Source: Bacteroidales bacterium (lineage in GTDB: Bacteria; Bacteroidota; Bacteroidia; Bacteroidales; UBA7332). Taken from it: a stretch of 24,000 bases of DNA. Position 1 is the stretch's first letter, and each line of letters begins with the position of its first letter. The position numbers were made by a program, and so were the translations under genes. The stretch lies in the NCBI GenBank assembly GCA_963662365.2, contig CAXXPA010000009.1, positions 19,419-43,418 on the forward strand, written 5' to 3'. Below the pieces are notes generated by a model. That model was not told the origin of the DNA, ran no database searches, and saw nothing but the letters and a program-made list of their open reading frames with translations. Shown here one piece after another: positions 9,547-17,483 of the stretch.

Positions 9547-11235
9547 TTATTGAACAATTACGAGATATGATGCCTCAGTTACGAGTGCACAATTCAAATC
9601 AGAACTGTCTACGGTGATGCCGGCATACTTTTGTGTATGTGTTTCGCCGTTGGCATAAGTAACTGTGTATAGTACATCTGCTGTATTGTTACCATTGTTG
9701 GTAACTTTAATCACTACTTTTGATCCACTGATGTTTGATGTGAATGTACTCCAGTTCCAGTCGCTTGTAGCCGTAGCTGTTGCATAGCCGGTACCCCATC
9801 CGTAGTTGTCCATACGAACTACTCCATATTCGGTTTTGTCGGCTTTGCGCAGTATGGTACATGGGCTGTGCCAGTTTGCAGCATTATCGGAATAACAATA
9901 CATCGTAATTGTCTTACTCGAACCTGATGCTACGTTATAATCTGAAGAGAATGCTGTCCACCATGCGGTCGAAAAGTCATTGGCACCTACCTGGCCTATA
10001 CCTTTTACAAGAGTTAACGGACAAGTTGTAGTTACTGTTTTCGATGCTCCGACATACGAAATGACAGCAGATTGAGAACCGGCAGCAGCAGTGATTCTTC
10101 CAAAAGAAAGTGTCGAGTTTGGAATAAGGCCTTTTGAGCCGTCGGAATAGGTGGCTGTTACAACAAGACCGGTTGTGTTGAAAATAATAGGATCACTGTT
10201 GTAGAAATAGTATTTCGTGATGGCAGGCGCTGTTGTAACCTCCAGTGCTGTAACTGAGTTGGTTACTTCCAGTGAATAAAAGGTTGAAACAGCCTGGGTG
10301 TATGCTCCTTGTTTGGTTTTGCTATATGCAACAATAACTGTTTTCTTACCAACGGTAGTCATATCAGGAACAACGTTGAACGATAATTCTTTTGAATCCA
10401 CCACTTTAGAAGATCCGTCAGAGAATGTAACAGTAGCAGTTGCACCGCCCCAGTAGTCTTTATTACCTATTTCAACAAAGGTAGGAGTTCCTGTAACTGA
10501 GATTGAAACCGGTGTAACATCTTCTACAGCTGTAACTTTCGAAGGTATAAGGTATGCTTTTTTCATCAGGAAATGGCTGCCATCGCAAACTAAGAAAGCA
10601 TTGATGGCCTCCGTGGCAGAGACCGGTTGTTGATAGGTTTCGACCAGCGTAGTACCATTGGTTCCAACGGCAGTGGCTGTTATATATACATTGCCGGTAA
10701 CAGAGTGGTCAATGTCGATAGAAACACGGGCGCCTTGCATGGTCTTGAGGAAGTCATTCCAGACAGAGCCGTCTCCGTCAGTGTCGGGATAGTTCTGGGT
10801 GATCATTTTCAAGTTAAAATCACTGTTACCCCAACCAAAAGCATCAGAGCGGAGAAGAAAGTATTCTTTATAACTACTGGAAGAGCGATCTGATACGGCA
10901 TTGGTAACAGCCAGGTTCCAGTTGTTCCAGTTATTGGTACCTGAACCGTAGTTGATAAACTCCAAATGTAATAACTTGTTGGACGGAACGGTGAAGTAAT
11001 CGGAGAATGCAGTCCACCAACCGGAAGTGTTATCCTCGTTTCCAACGATTGCGTTATTGATGGTGAGGTAGGTTGTGTCACCTGTGTTCGGTTTCGAAGC
11101 TGCAATTGAGTCGATCCTGCTTAGCAGGTCAGAGGGGGAATCAATTGAAAAACTGCCCAATTCATCGCACCCAACTAAGCTAAATGATGCGAAAAGTACG
11201 TATAAAACGCACCTCATTAGTTTAGTGATTTTCAT
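9547..11235 (-). CDS. Uncharacterised surface lipoprotein, a candidate surface glycan-binding protein. Architecture: SPII signal, Trp-rich module A, two Ig-like domains, Trp-rich module A'.
   Basis: 562-aa ORF with lipobox SFSLVGC that ends 24 bp upstream of the susC start. There is an internal duplication. Around aa 55-231 it reads ..NTSGWWTAFSDYF..NNWNNWNL..KEYFLLRSDAFGWGNS..VWNDF..AINAFLVCDGSHFL. Around aa 412-562 it reads ..FSTAWWTAFSSDY..AANWHSP..TEYGVVRMDNYGWGTG..WNWSTF..DLNCALVTEASYLV. Two central bacterial Ig-like repeats carry TVTFSDGSSKVV and VTATYSDGSKGL. I cannot assign the flanking module to a named CBM family from memory. Confidence 0.7.
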   Translation of the reverse strand: MKITKLMRCVLYVLFASFSLVGCDELGSFSIDSPSDLLSRIDSIAASKPNTGDTTYLTINNAIVGNEDNTSGWWTAFSDYFTVPSNKLLHLEFINYGSGTNNWNNWNLAVTNAVSDRSSSSYKEYFLLRSDAFGWGNSDFNLKMITQNYPDTDGDGSVWNDFLKTMQGARVSIDIDHSVTGNVYITATAVGTNGTTLVETYQQPVSATEAINAFLVCDGSHFLMKKAYLIPSKVTAVEDVTPVSISVTGTPTFVEIGNKDYWGGATATVTFSDGSSKVVDSKELSFNVVPDMTTVGKKTVIVAYSKTKQGAYTQAVSTFYSLEVTNSVTALEVTTAPAITKYYFYNSDPIIFNTTGLVVTATYSDGSKGLIPNSTLSFGRITAAAGSQSAVISYVGASKTVTTTCPLTLVKGIGQVGANDFSTAWWTAFSSDYNVASGSSKTITMYCYSDNAANWHSPCTILRKADKTEYGVVRMDNYGWGTGYATATATSDWNWSTFTSNISGSKVVIKVTNNGNNTADVLYTVTYANGETHTQKYAGITVDSSDLNCALVTEASYLVIVQ

Positions 11236-11639
11236 AGAATTAAATTTAATAGTTATTTGTGTTAATATATCCGGAATGTTAGATATGCAACCAGCATTCC
11301 ATTTTTTTCTTGATTAGGAAAGTTGTCCTCTTTTCAATGGTTTCGCCGGGGTGTTAGTTAGGTTATTTTCTCATCATATGTATCTGTTTTTTATGGGTTA
11401 AAAGATTATAGGTTCAAACTAATTCATGTAATGTTCCTTCTCTAAGGATACTGTGTTTTTCGTAAATGCAAATTACAGGGATTATGGGCTAAAGGTGGTG
11501 GACAAATGTTTTTTTATAGAGGAAAAAATGCAACGATCCTATTTTTCTGTATCCGGAATTATTTGTCATTACATGTCACAATACCCACAATAACTATCCA
11601 TATCATTGTGGGGTAAAAAGATCTGAGAATATTCCGACA

Positions 11640-11693
11640 CAGATAAAAAAAGAGCGAAAGCAGATTAATCTGCTTTCGCTCTTTTTTTATCTG
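11640..11693. terminator. Perfect 54-nt palindrome, a strong bidirectional-shaped intrinsic terminator that serves the lyase gene on the minus strand
   Basis: CAGATAAAAAAAGAGCGAAAGCAGA-TTAA-TCTGCTTTCGCTCTTTTTTTATCTG has a 25-bp perfect stem and a 4-nt loop, with an A7 run before and a T7 run after the GC-containing core. It starts 19 nt past the stop at 11712. Confidence 0.85.
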
Positions 11694-11711
11694 TACTGAC
11701 GGTAGTCAGGA

Positions 11712-13178
11712 TCATAGGCTATCCCCAAAATCAGCTCTGAATTTAGCCATTAGCTTTTCGGGCCAGTCACTCGTAGGAGCCAGTTTCCCCATGAAGAACC
11801 GAAGTACCGGGGGTTCATATACAAACTTCAGGCCACCGATCAGTTCCCGGTTATGATACAACCACTCCAGACGGTCAAGCACATATTTAATCTGAGATAA
11901 GGTAAACACCCGTCGAGGTACCGCCAGACGCAGCAACTCCATATCGGCATAGGTCTCATTCCCCTCTTCATCACGCTGATTGGATACAGAGCCCCGCTCC
12001 ATTCCCCTTATACCTGAAATCAGAAAGAAAGCTGCCGCCAAAGCTCCGGCGGGATACACCGTCTGTGGCAAATGAGAACAAAAGCTCATGGCATCGACGT
12101 GAGCGCCAAGTACACCCGGAGGCGTAATCATCGGAATGCCTTTCTTTTTGGCTTCATACACAAGATACCGGATAAATGACGGGCTTTGTGAAATCATCGA
12201 CTCATCCAGTGTCTCATACAAGCCTACAGCCATCGCTTCAATCTCCCGCACGGAAATACCGCCGTAAGTCAGGAATCCCTCATACAGAGGTACCAGTGCT
12301 TCCAGCTCATGATAAACCTCCTTCAGGTTTGTACAGATACCTCCTCCCCTGGATGAGCTGAGCTTACGGGCCGAGAAATAGACGATATCAGCCAGTCCGG
12401 TCATGATAAGCATAATCTCGCCCATCGTTTTATCCATAAACTCCGGTTCCCGTTGTTTCACCAGATATGCATTTTCACCCAACAAACTGGCATCCAACAC
12501 CAGACGGATTCTATATTTATCGGCTATGGCACGCACTTCACGCAGATTCTGCACCGAGAAGGGCTGTCCGCCGATCAGGTTAGTGGACGCTTCCATCCGT
12601 ATATACGGAATATTTTCGACTCCGGTTTCACAGATCGTGGCTTCCAGCTTTTCGATATCCATATTTCCCTTAAATGGGTGCTCCGAATCGATCTTATAGG
12701 CTTCATCATAAAGGAGCTCGACAATCCGGCCGCCATATTGGGTGATATGTGCCAGCGCTGTTGTGAAGTGGTAATTCATCGGCACCAGATTGCCTTTCTT
12801 CACATAAACATTACCCAGGATATTCTCTGCTGCCCGCCCCTGGTGCACCGGCAAAAAGAACTTTTTACCCAACACATGTTCAACGGCCTTTTGCAGACGT
12901 TCGAAGCTTTGCGATCCGGCATAGGCATCATCAGCCTGCATCATCGCCGAAAGCTGTTTATCGCTCATGGCATTTGTACCACTGTCGGTGAGCATATCGA
13001 GGAAAACATCTTTCGTGCTGAGCTGAAAGGTATTGAAACCACCTTCATAAAGGGCTTCCAGACGACGTTCGATAGGCACCAGGTGCAATTTCTGCACGAT
13101 ACGGACTTTGTGTAACTCGAGGGGAACCTCTTCGCCGCTGTAGAATTTCACGGCATTTTTGGGAGTGAGAGGACTCAT
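11712..13178 (-). CDS. PLP-dependent beta-eliminating lyase of the tryptophanase/tyrosine phenol-lyase family; the specificity residues look TPL-like
   Basis: The 488-aa ORF aligns by eye along its whole length with E. coli TnaA and Citrobacter TPL. Matches include MLTDSGTNAMSDKQLSAMMQADDAYAGS, HQGRAAEN, the PLP-Lys context FSARK, GFLTYGG, LLRLAVPRRV and GLKFVYEPPVLRFF. See the findings for the TPL-versus-TnaA residues. Confidence 0.9.
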   Translation of the reverse strand: MSPLTPKNAVKFYSGEEVPLELHKVRIVQKLHLVPIERRLEALYEGGFNTFQLSTKDVFLDMLTDSGTNAMSDKQLSAMMQADDAYAGSQSFERLQKAVEHVLGKKFFLPVHQGRAAENILGNVYVKKGNLVPMNYHFTTALAHITQYGGRIVELLYDEAYKIDSEHPFKGNMDIEKLEATICETGVENIPYIRMEASTNLIGGQPFSVQNLREVRAIADKYRIRLVLDASLLGENAYLVKQREPEFMDKTMGEIMLIMTGLADIVYFSARKLSSSRGGGICTNLKEVYHELEALVPLYEGFLTYGGISVREIEAMAVGLYETLDESMISQSPSFIRYLVYEAKKKGIPMITPPGVLGAHVDAMSFCSHLPQTVYPAGALAAAFFLISGIRGMERGSVSNQRDEEGNETYADMELLRLAVPRRVFTLSQIKYVLDRLEWLYHNRELIGGLKFVYEPPVLRFFMGKLAPTSDWPEKLMAKFRADFGDSL

Positions 13179-13267
13179 AGCTTTATTATGTTTAAATGGT
13201 AAGACTAAGTCCTGCTAATGTAAATATATTTTTAAAAATAAGGGAGGTATCTGTCAGATTTTTTCAC

Positions 13268-13306
13268 AAAAAACGGTCAAACGCCATAAAGACATTTGAC
13301 CGTTTT
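13268..13306 (-). terminator. Intrinsic terminator downstream of murF
   Basis: The minus strand reads AAAACGGTCAAA-(13-nt loop)-TTTGACCGTTTTTTG. The core stem is ACGGTCAAA/TTTGACCGT, followed by T6. It lies 90 nt past the murF stop. Confidence 0.7.
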
Positions 13307-13396
13307 AAACTAAGTAAATAGTTGAACAAAATCAATTTGTATTAAAGTACGAATTAAACACTTGATTACTGACCCCTCCCGATCTAAGCATGCTCT

Positions 13397-14680
13397 CTAC
13401 AGCCATTCAATGGTCTGTTCCAGCTTCATGCCTCTTGAACCCTTTATAAGTACAGTGGCATCACTGAAGGGATATTCCTGCAGGTAATGCAACAGATCAT
13501 TGGTTCCCAGGAAGGATTTATAGTTGTGTGTAGAAGTTGAGAAATTCTCACCACATAACAACACCAGATCAAAGGAATACCGATTAATCAGATCCACTAC
13601 TTTCTGATGCTCTTCGGCGCTGGTTTCTCCCAACTCAAACATATCCCCCAGAATCAATACTTTCGCAGAAGCTTCCATCTGACCAAAATTGCTCACGGCA
13701 GCCTGCATACTGGATGGATTTGCGTTATAGGCATCTACGATAAGCTGGTTGCGCTCTGTCAGTGTCAGCTGAGAACGGTTATTTTGCGGTTGATATTCCG
13801 TCAGGGCTTCCGAGATCTGATTTTCCGGCACGCCAAAATAAACACCGACAGCAGCTGCTGCCAGCGCATTGGTCAGATTGTATCCGCCAATCAATTGCGT
13901 AGTTACTGCATGTATTTGCCCGGCATGTTGCCATTCGAATGCCAGAAATGGCGAGCAGCCGGTCATCTTACCGGTAATATACAAACCTTTTGCCTCTCCG
14001 TAAGAAATCTTTCCCAGTCCTTCCGAAATCTGCTGCAGGTATTCGTTTTCGTTATGAATAAAGATCTTTCCGCCTTTGGCTCGCAGGAAATCATACATCT
14101 CACCCTTTGTTCGGATTACGCCCTCAAACGATCCGAAACCTTCAAGATGCGCTTTCCCGACATTGGTAATAAGTCCGCAATCCGGCTCTGCTATTTCCAC
14201 CAATGCTTTTATCTCGCCGGGATGGTTAGCTCCCATTTCAATGACCGCAATCTCATGCGAATCATTAACGCTGAGTAATGTCAAAGGTACCCCGATATGA
14301 TTATTCAGATTACCTTGCGTGAAAAGCACATTGTATTTTTTACTCAACACTGCGGAGGTCAACTCTTTGGTAGTCGTCTTTCCGTTTGTTCCGGTAATGC
14401 CGATCACGGGAATAGTCAACTGGCTGCGGTGATAGTTGGCCAACTGCTGCAAAGTCTGCAAGCAGTCGTTTACCAGAATAATATTTTCGGAAGTTGCATA
14501 CTCAGCCTCATCCACTATTGCATAAGCACACCCTTTTTCAATAGCCTGTGCCGCAAACTTATTACCATTGAAGGACTCTCCTTTCAGGGCAATAAAAATG
14601 GAAGAATCCGGACAGTTACGGGTATCTGTCGTAACTACCGGATGCTTCCTGTACAATTCATAAAGAGATTTTATGTCCAC
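13397..14680 (-). CDS. murF: UDP-N-acetylmuramoyl-tripeptide--D-alanyl-D-alanine ligase
   Basis: 427-aa ORF with the Mur-ligase P-loop GITGTNGKTTTKE. The MurF-type N-terminus reads VTTDTRNCPDSSIFIALKGESFNGNKFA. It also has DAYNANPSSM and a C-terminal LIKGSRGMKLE. Confidence 0.9.
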   Translation of the reverse strand: MDIKSLYELYRKHPVVTTDTRNCPDSSIFIALKGESFNGNKFAAQAIEKGCAYAIVDEAEYATSENIILVNDCLQTLQQLANYHRSQLTIPVIGITGTNGKTTTKELTSAVLSKKYNVLFTQGNLNNHIGVPLTLLSVNDSHEIAVIEMGANHPGEIKALVEIAEPDCGLITNVGKAHLEGFGSFEGVIRTKGEMYDFLRAKGGKIFIHNENEYLQQISEGLGKISYGEAKGLYITGKMTGCSPFLAFEWQHAGQIHAVTTQLIGGYNLTNALAAAAVGVYFGVPENQISEALTEYQPQNNRSQLTLTERNQLIVDAYNANPSSMQAAVSNFGQMEASAKVLILGDMFELGETSAEEHQKVVDLINRYSFDLVLLCGENFSTSTHNYKSFLGTNDLLHYLQEYPFSDATVLIKGSRGMKLEQTIEWL

Positions 14681-14695
14681 TTTATTTCGTTCTTT

Positions 14696-15487
14696 TTATT
14701 TTTTGTATTTCAATGCTTCGGGAATAGTCGCCTTGATTTTCGCAATCCGGTTAACATCCGACGGGTGGGTACTCATGAACTCCATAGTCTGCTGGCCACC
14801 AGATGCCTGGGACATACGCTCCCAGAATGTTACGGCCTCGTTTACATTATATCCGGCCATAGCCATAAAAATTAACCCCATCCTGTCGGCTTCATACTCC
14901 TGTTTACGTGAGAAAGGCAGCATCACGCCATATTGCGCCCCAAGCCCATATACAGTCTGTGCAAGCTGGGTTGTTTTTTCCGACTTTCCGGTCAGTACAG
15001 CACTCAATACATTTCCACCGTATTGAGCTACCATTTGCTGGCTTAAACGTTCATTACTGTGTTTAGCCACCGCATGAGCCACCTCGTGAGCCACTACGAC
15101 TGCCAATCCGGCTTCCGTTTTGGTATAGGGTAATATACCTTCATTGACCACAATCTTACCTCCGGGCATACAGAATGCATTGGCTGTAGAATCTTTCACC
15201 AAGTGAAACTCCCAGGCAAAATTTGCAATTTCAGCCTCCAGTCCGTTCGACTTAAGATACGATTCTACTGCAGCAGCAATATTCTTACCCACTTTTACAA
15301 CTACGGAAGTATTTGTTTTACTTGTAGATTCTTTGGCTGTCTTCATGTAATCGGTAAACGATTGGTTGCTCAAAGACAACACTTCCTGATCTGTTACCAG
15401 CAATAACTGCTTGCGGCCGGTCAACGGTACGCTGCTACATGCCGTAAGCAACACAATGGCTGCTACAAGGGAAAATAGCTTTTTCAT
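14696..15487 (-). CDS. M48-family zinc metallopeptidase lipoprotein (YcaL/LoiP-like)
   Basis: 263-aa ORF with lipobox LLTACSS, the HExxH motif HEVAHAV and a downstream EYEADRMG. Its stop lies 15 bp upstream of the murF start. Confidence 0.85.
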   Translation of the reverse strand: MKKLFSLVAAIVLLTACSSVPLTGRKQLLLVTDQEVLSLSNQSFTDYMKTAKESTSKTNTSVVVKVGKNIAAAVESYLKSNGLEAEIANFAWEFHLVKDSTANAFCMPGGKIVVNEGILPYTKTEAGLAVVVAHEVAHAVAKHSNERLSQQMVAQYGGNVLSAVLTGKSEKTTQLAQTVYGLGAQYGVMLPFSRKQEYEADRMGLIFMAMAGYNVNEAVTFWERMSQASGGQQTMEFMSTHPSDVNRIAKIKATIPEALKYKK

Positions 15488-15508
15488 AATCCTGTATTTT
15501 ATGTTAAG

Positions 15509-15516
15509 TAAATATA
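15509..15516 (-). promoter_or_regulatory. Possible -7 box (TATATTTA, one mismatch) for the M48 gene
   Basis: Plus-strand taaatata is TATATTTA on the minus strand, 21 nt upstream of the ATG at 15487. The final G of the consensus is replaced by A. This is a weak call. Confidence 0.3.
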
Positions 15517-15543
15517 TCCGTGTTTATCAGCGTTCCATGAAAC

Positions 15544-17322
15544 CTAAGCGATCTCCAGATCAAACGCCTCTTTCAGTTTATAGAGTTCCGGATTGGCTTT
15601 TGCCATTGCCATAAACTTTTCCTGCATGCTGTAAGCTTTCGGACGCTCGTTTACCTCATTAACCCGGATATGCATCACAATGTTCGTATTCTTCAGTTTT
15701 TCTTTCAGGAATGAAACCATTGCCGTTCCTTCAGATTCCAGGATCTCCACCTGTTGGGGACCATCAACCGAAACCTCAAAAGTGTAATTATCCAGTAATA
15801 CCGGACGTGAGGTCTGCATCGTTTTTTTAAGCAATACCTTTTCCACGGTCAGCATCTGGGCATATTCGTTCCATACCAATACCAGCATGCCATTATCAAA
15901 CGGCGTATTCATCGAAACAGCCGAACCTGACTGTTGAGACTGTCCGGTGGAATCGTCCTTCTTATTCAGGGATGATTTAATGGAAACGCCGGGCATACGC
16001 AGGGCCGGAGCAGCAGGCCTGGATGCTGGTTGCGGAGGAGAGGGAGGCGTAGGAACAGATTGTTTCGGCGCGGCTACAGCCTGTACCGGTACAGCTGTTT
16101 GTACAGGCGCTTGCATGGCATTCAGAGGACGGGGAGCCTGAGCCTGTACCGATTGTTGTATCGGAGCTGAAGGAGCTGCGGTTATGGGTTGTATTCCTTT
16201 TTGCGTCGGATTGGGTTGGGGAGAAACCGGCTGCAACAATTGACATAAACGAATTAATGCTAATTCCACCAGCAACCGTTTATTTTTGCTCAGCCTGTAA
16301 TTCAGGTCGCACTCATTACTGATTTCAAGCGCTTTGTATAAAAATCCGTTTTGACATTGTTGAGCCTGACGGGTATATTTTACACCTATAGCCTCCCCCA
16401 CTTCAAGCAAGGGCAACGTTTGAGGATCTTTGGCAACCAGCAAATCGCGAAGATGAGAACTTAATCCGGTAATGAAATTCTGACCTTCAAAACCGCGTCC
16501 CAGCACTTCATTGAAAATAAGTAATGCATCGATCACATTGCCTGTCAGGAAGGAATCAACCAGACGGAAGTAATAATCATAGTCAAGCACATTCAGGTTG
16601 TCGATCGTTGCTTTATATGTAATATTTCCACCTGTAAAACTAACGACCTGGTCGAAAATAGACAGGGCATCACGCATACCACCGTCAGCTTTTTGGGCAA
16701 TCACATTCAATGCTTCAGGTTCGGCTGTCACATTTTCCTGAGAAGCCACATATTGCAAATGCTCCACCGTATCATTGATGCTGATGCGGTTGAAATCGTA
16801 AATCTGACAGCGTGAAAGAATGGTCGGCAGGATTTTGTGTTTCTCAGTAGTTGCCAGCACGAAAATAGCATGTCGCGGCGGCTCTTCCAGCGTTTTCAGG
16901 AAAGCGTTAAAAGCTGCAGTCGAAAGCATGTGCACCTCATCGATGATATAAACCTTGTATTGACCGATTTGTGGAGGAATGCGCACCTGTTCAATCAGCG
17001 TACGAATATCATCTACCGAGTTATTGGATGCAGCATCCAGTTCATGGATATTATAGGAACGCTGCTCGTTGAACGAAACGCACGATTCACATTGATTACA
17101 CGCTTCGCCCTCTGCTGTAGGCGTAAAACAGTTGATTGTTTTGGCAAAAATACGGGCGCAGGTCGTTTTTCCCACACCACGTGGACCGCAAAACAGAAAA
17201 GCGTGCGCCAGTTTTTTTGATACGACTGCATTCTTAAGCGTGGTGGTGAGAGCTTGTTGCCCTACTACCGAACGAAAAGTGGCGGGGCGGTATTTCAGGG
17301 CTGATACGATAAAATCTTCCAT
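15544..17322 (-). CDS. dnaX: DNA polymerase III subunit gamma/tau
   Basis: Walker A is FCGPRGVGKTTCARIFAK. It has the Zn module CNQCESC, Walker B IIDEVHMLS, sensor LSRCQIYDF, and a Pro/Gln/Ala-rich tau linker. The track ORF starts at 17454, but family conservation begins at MEDFIVSALKYRPATF, the ATG at 17322. An exact -7 box also lies inside the 44-codon extension, so I call 17322 as the start. Confidence 0.9.
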   Translation of the reverse strand: MEDFIVSALKYRPATFRSVVGQQALTTTLKNAVVSKKLAHAFLFCGPRGVGKTTCARIFAKTINCFTPTAEGEACNQCESCVSFNEQRSYNIHELDAASNNSVDDIRTLIEQVRIPPQIGQYKVYIIDEVHMLSTAAFNAFLKTLEEPPRHAIFVLATTEKHKILPTILSRCQIYDFNRISINDTVEHLQYVASQENVTAEPEALNVIAQKADGGMRDALSIFDQVVSFTGGNITYKATIDNLNVLDYDYYFRLVDSFLTGNVIDALLIFNEVLGRGFEGQNFITGLSSHLRDLLVAKDPQTLPLLEVGEAIGVKYTRQAQQCQNGFLYKALEISNECDLNYRLSKNKRLLVELALIRLCQLLQPVSPQPNPTQKGIQPITAAPSAPIQQSVQAQAPRPLNAMQAPVQTAVPVQAVAAPKQSVPTPPSPPQPASRPAAPALRMPGVSIKSSLNKKDDSTGQSQQSGSAVSMNTPFDNGMLVLVWNEYAQMLTVEKVLLKKTMQTSRPVLLDNYTFEVSVDGPQQVEILESEGTAMVSFLKEKLKNTNIVMHIRVNEVNERPKAYSMQEKFMAMAKANPELYKLKEAFDLEIA

Positions 17323-17345
17323 TGTTCGAATTGTGTCTTGAGGTG

Positions 17346-17353
17346 CAAATTTA
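17346..17353 (-). promoter_or_regulatory. -7 promoter box (TAAATTTG) for dnaX
   Basis: Plus-strand caaattta is TAAATTTG on the minus strand, an exact TAnnTTTG match 23 nt upstream of the ATG at 17322. Confidence 0.5.
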
Positions 17354-17400
17354 GCAAAAAACCTGACTACTTTTTTATTAGCCGTTGTTCGAAAATAATT

Positions 17401-17408
17401 TATCTTTG
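17401..17408 (+). promoter_or_regulatory. Candidate -7 promoter box (TATCTTTG) for the ftsB-like operon
   Basis: Exact TAnnTTTG match on the plus strand, 75 nt upstream of the ATG at 17484, in the divergent dnaX/ftsB-like spacer. Confidence 0.35.
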
Positions 17409-17483
17409 CAAAAAGTTCGGGTATGAAACGGGCAGGCATGCGTTGACGTTGCATGTAACCTCAGTAGAAACACAAATTTACAC

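Noticed and set aside
11075-11317. 80-aa plus-strand ORF at the 5' end of the PUL lipoprotein gene
   Set aside because: It mostly overlaps the lipoprotein signal-peptide region in antisense. The remainder is AT-rich intergenic sequence, and nothing supports it.
11409-11425. GGTTCAAAC resembling a tRNA T-loop
   Set aside because: The flanking bases cannot form the 5-bp T-stem (ATAGG versus TAATT), and no acceptor or anticodon arms are evident.
12453-14875. Long antisense ORFs 12453-13115 (220 aa), 13607-14278 (223 aa) and 14297-14875 (192 aa)
   Set aside because: They lie opposite the well-supported lyase, murF and M48 genes. Their translations are rich in Cys, His, Arg and Phe and have no domain signatures. 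I read them as shadow frames, not overlapping genes.
15822-15828. A7 run in dnaX (T7 on the plus strand) as a possible gamma/tau frameshift or slippage site
   Set aside because: The codons are CTT AAA AAA ACG, so the run is not in X_XXY_YYZ register. It also lies in the far C-terminal domain (..LLKKTMQ..), well past the domain III/IV boundary where gamma-producing sites occur.
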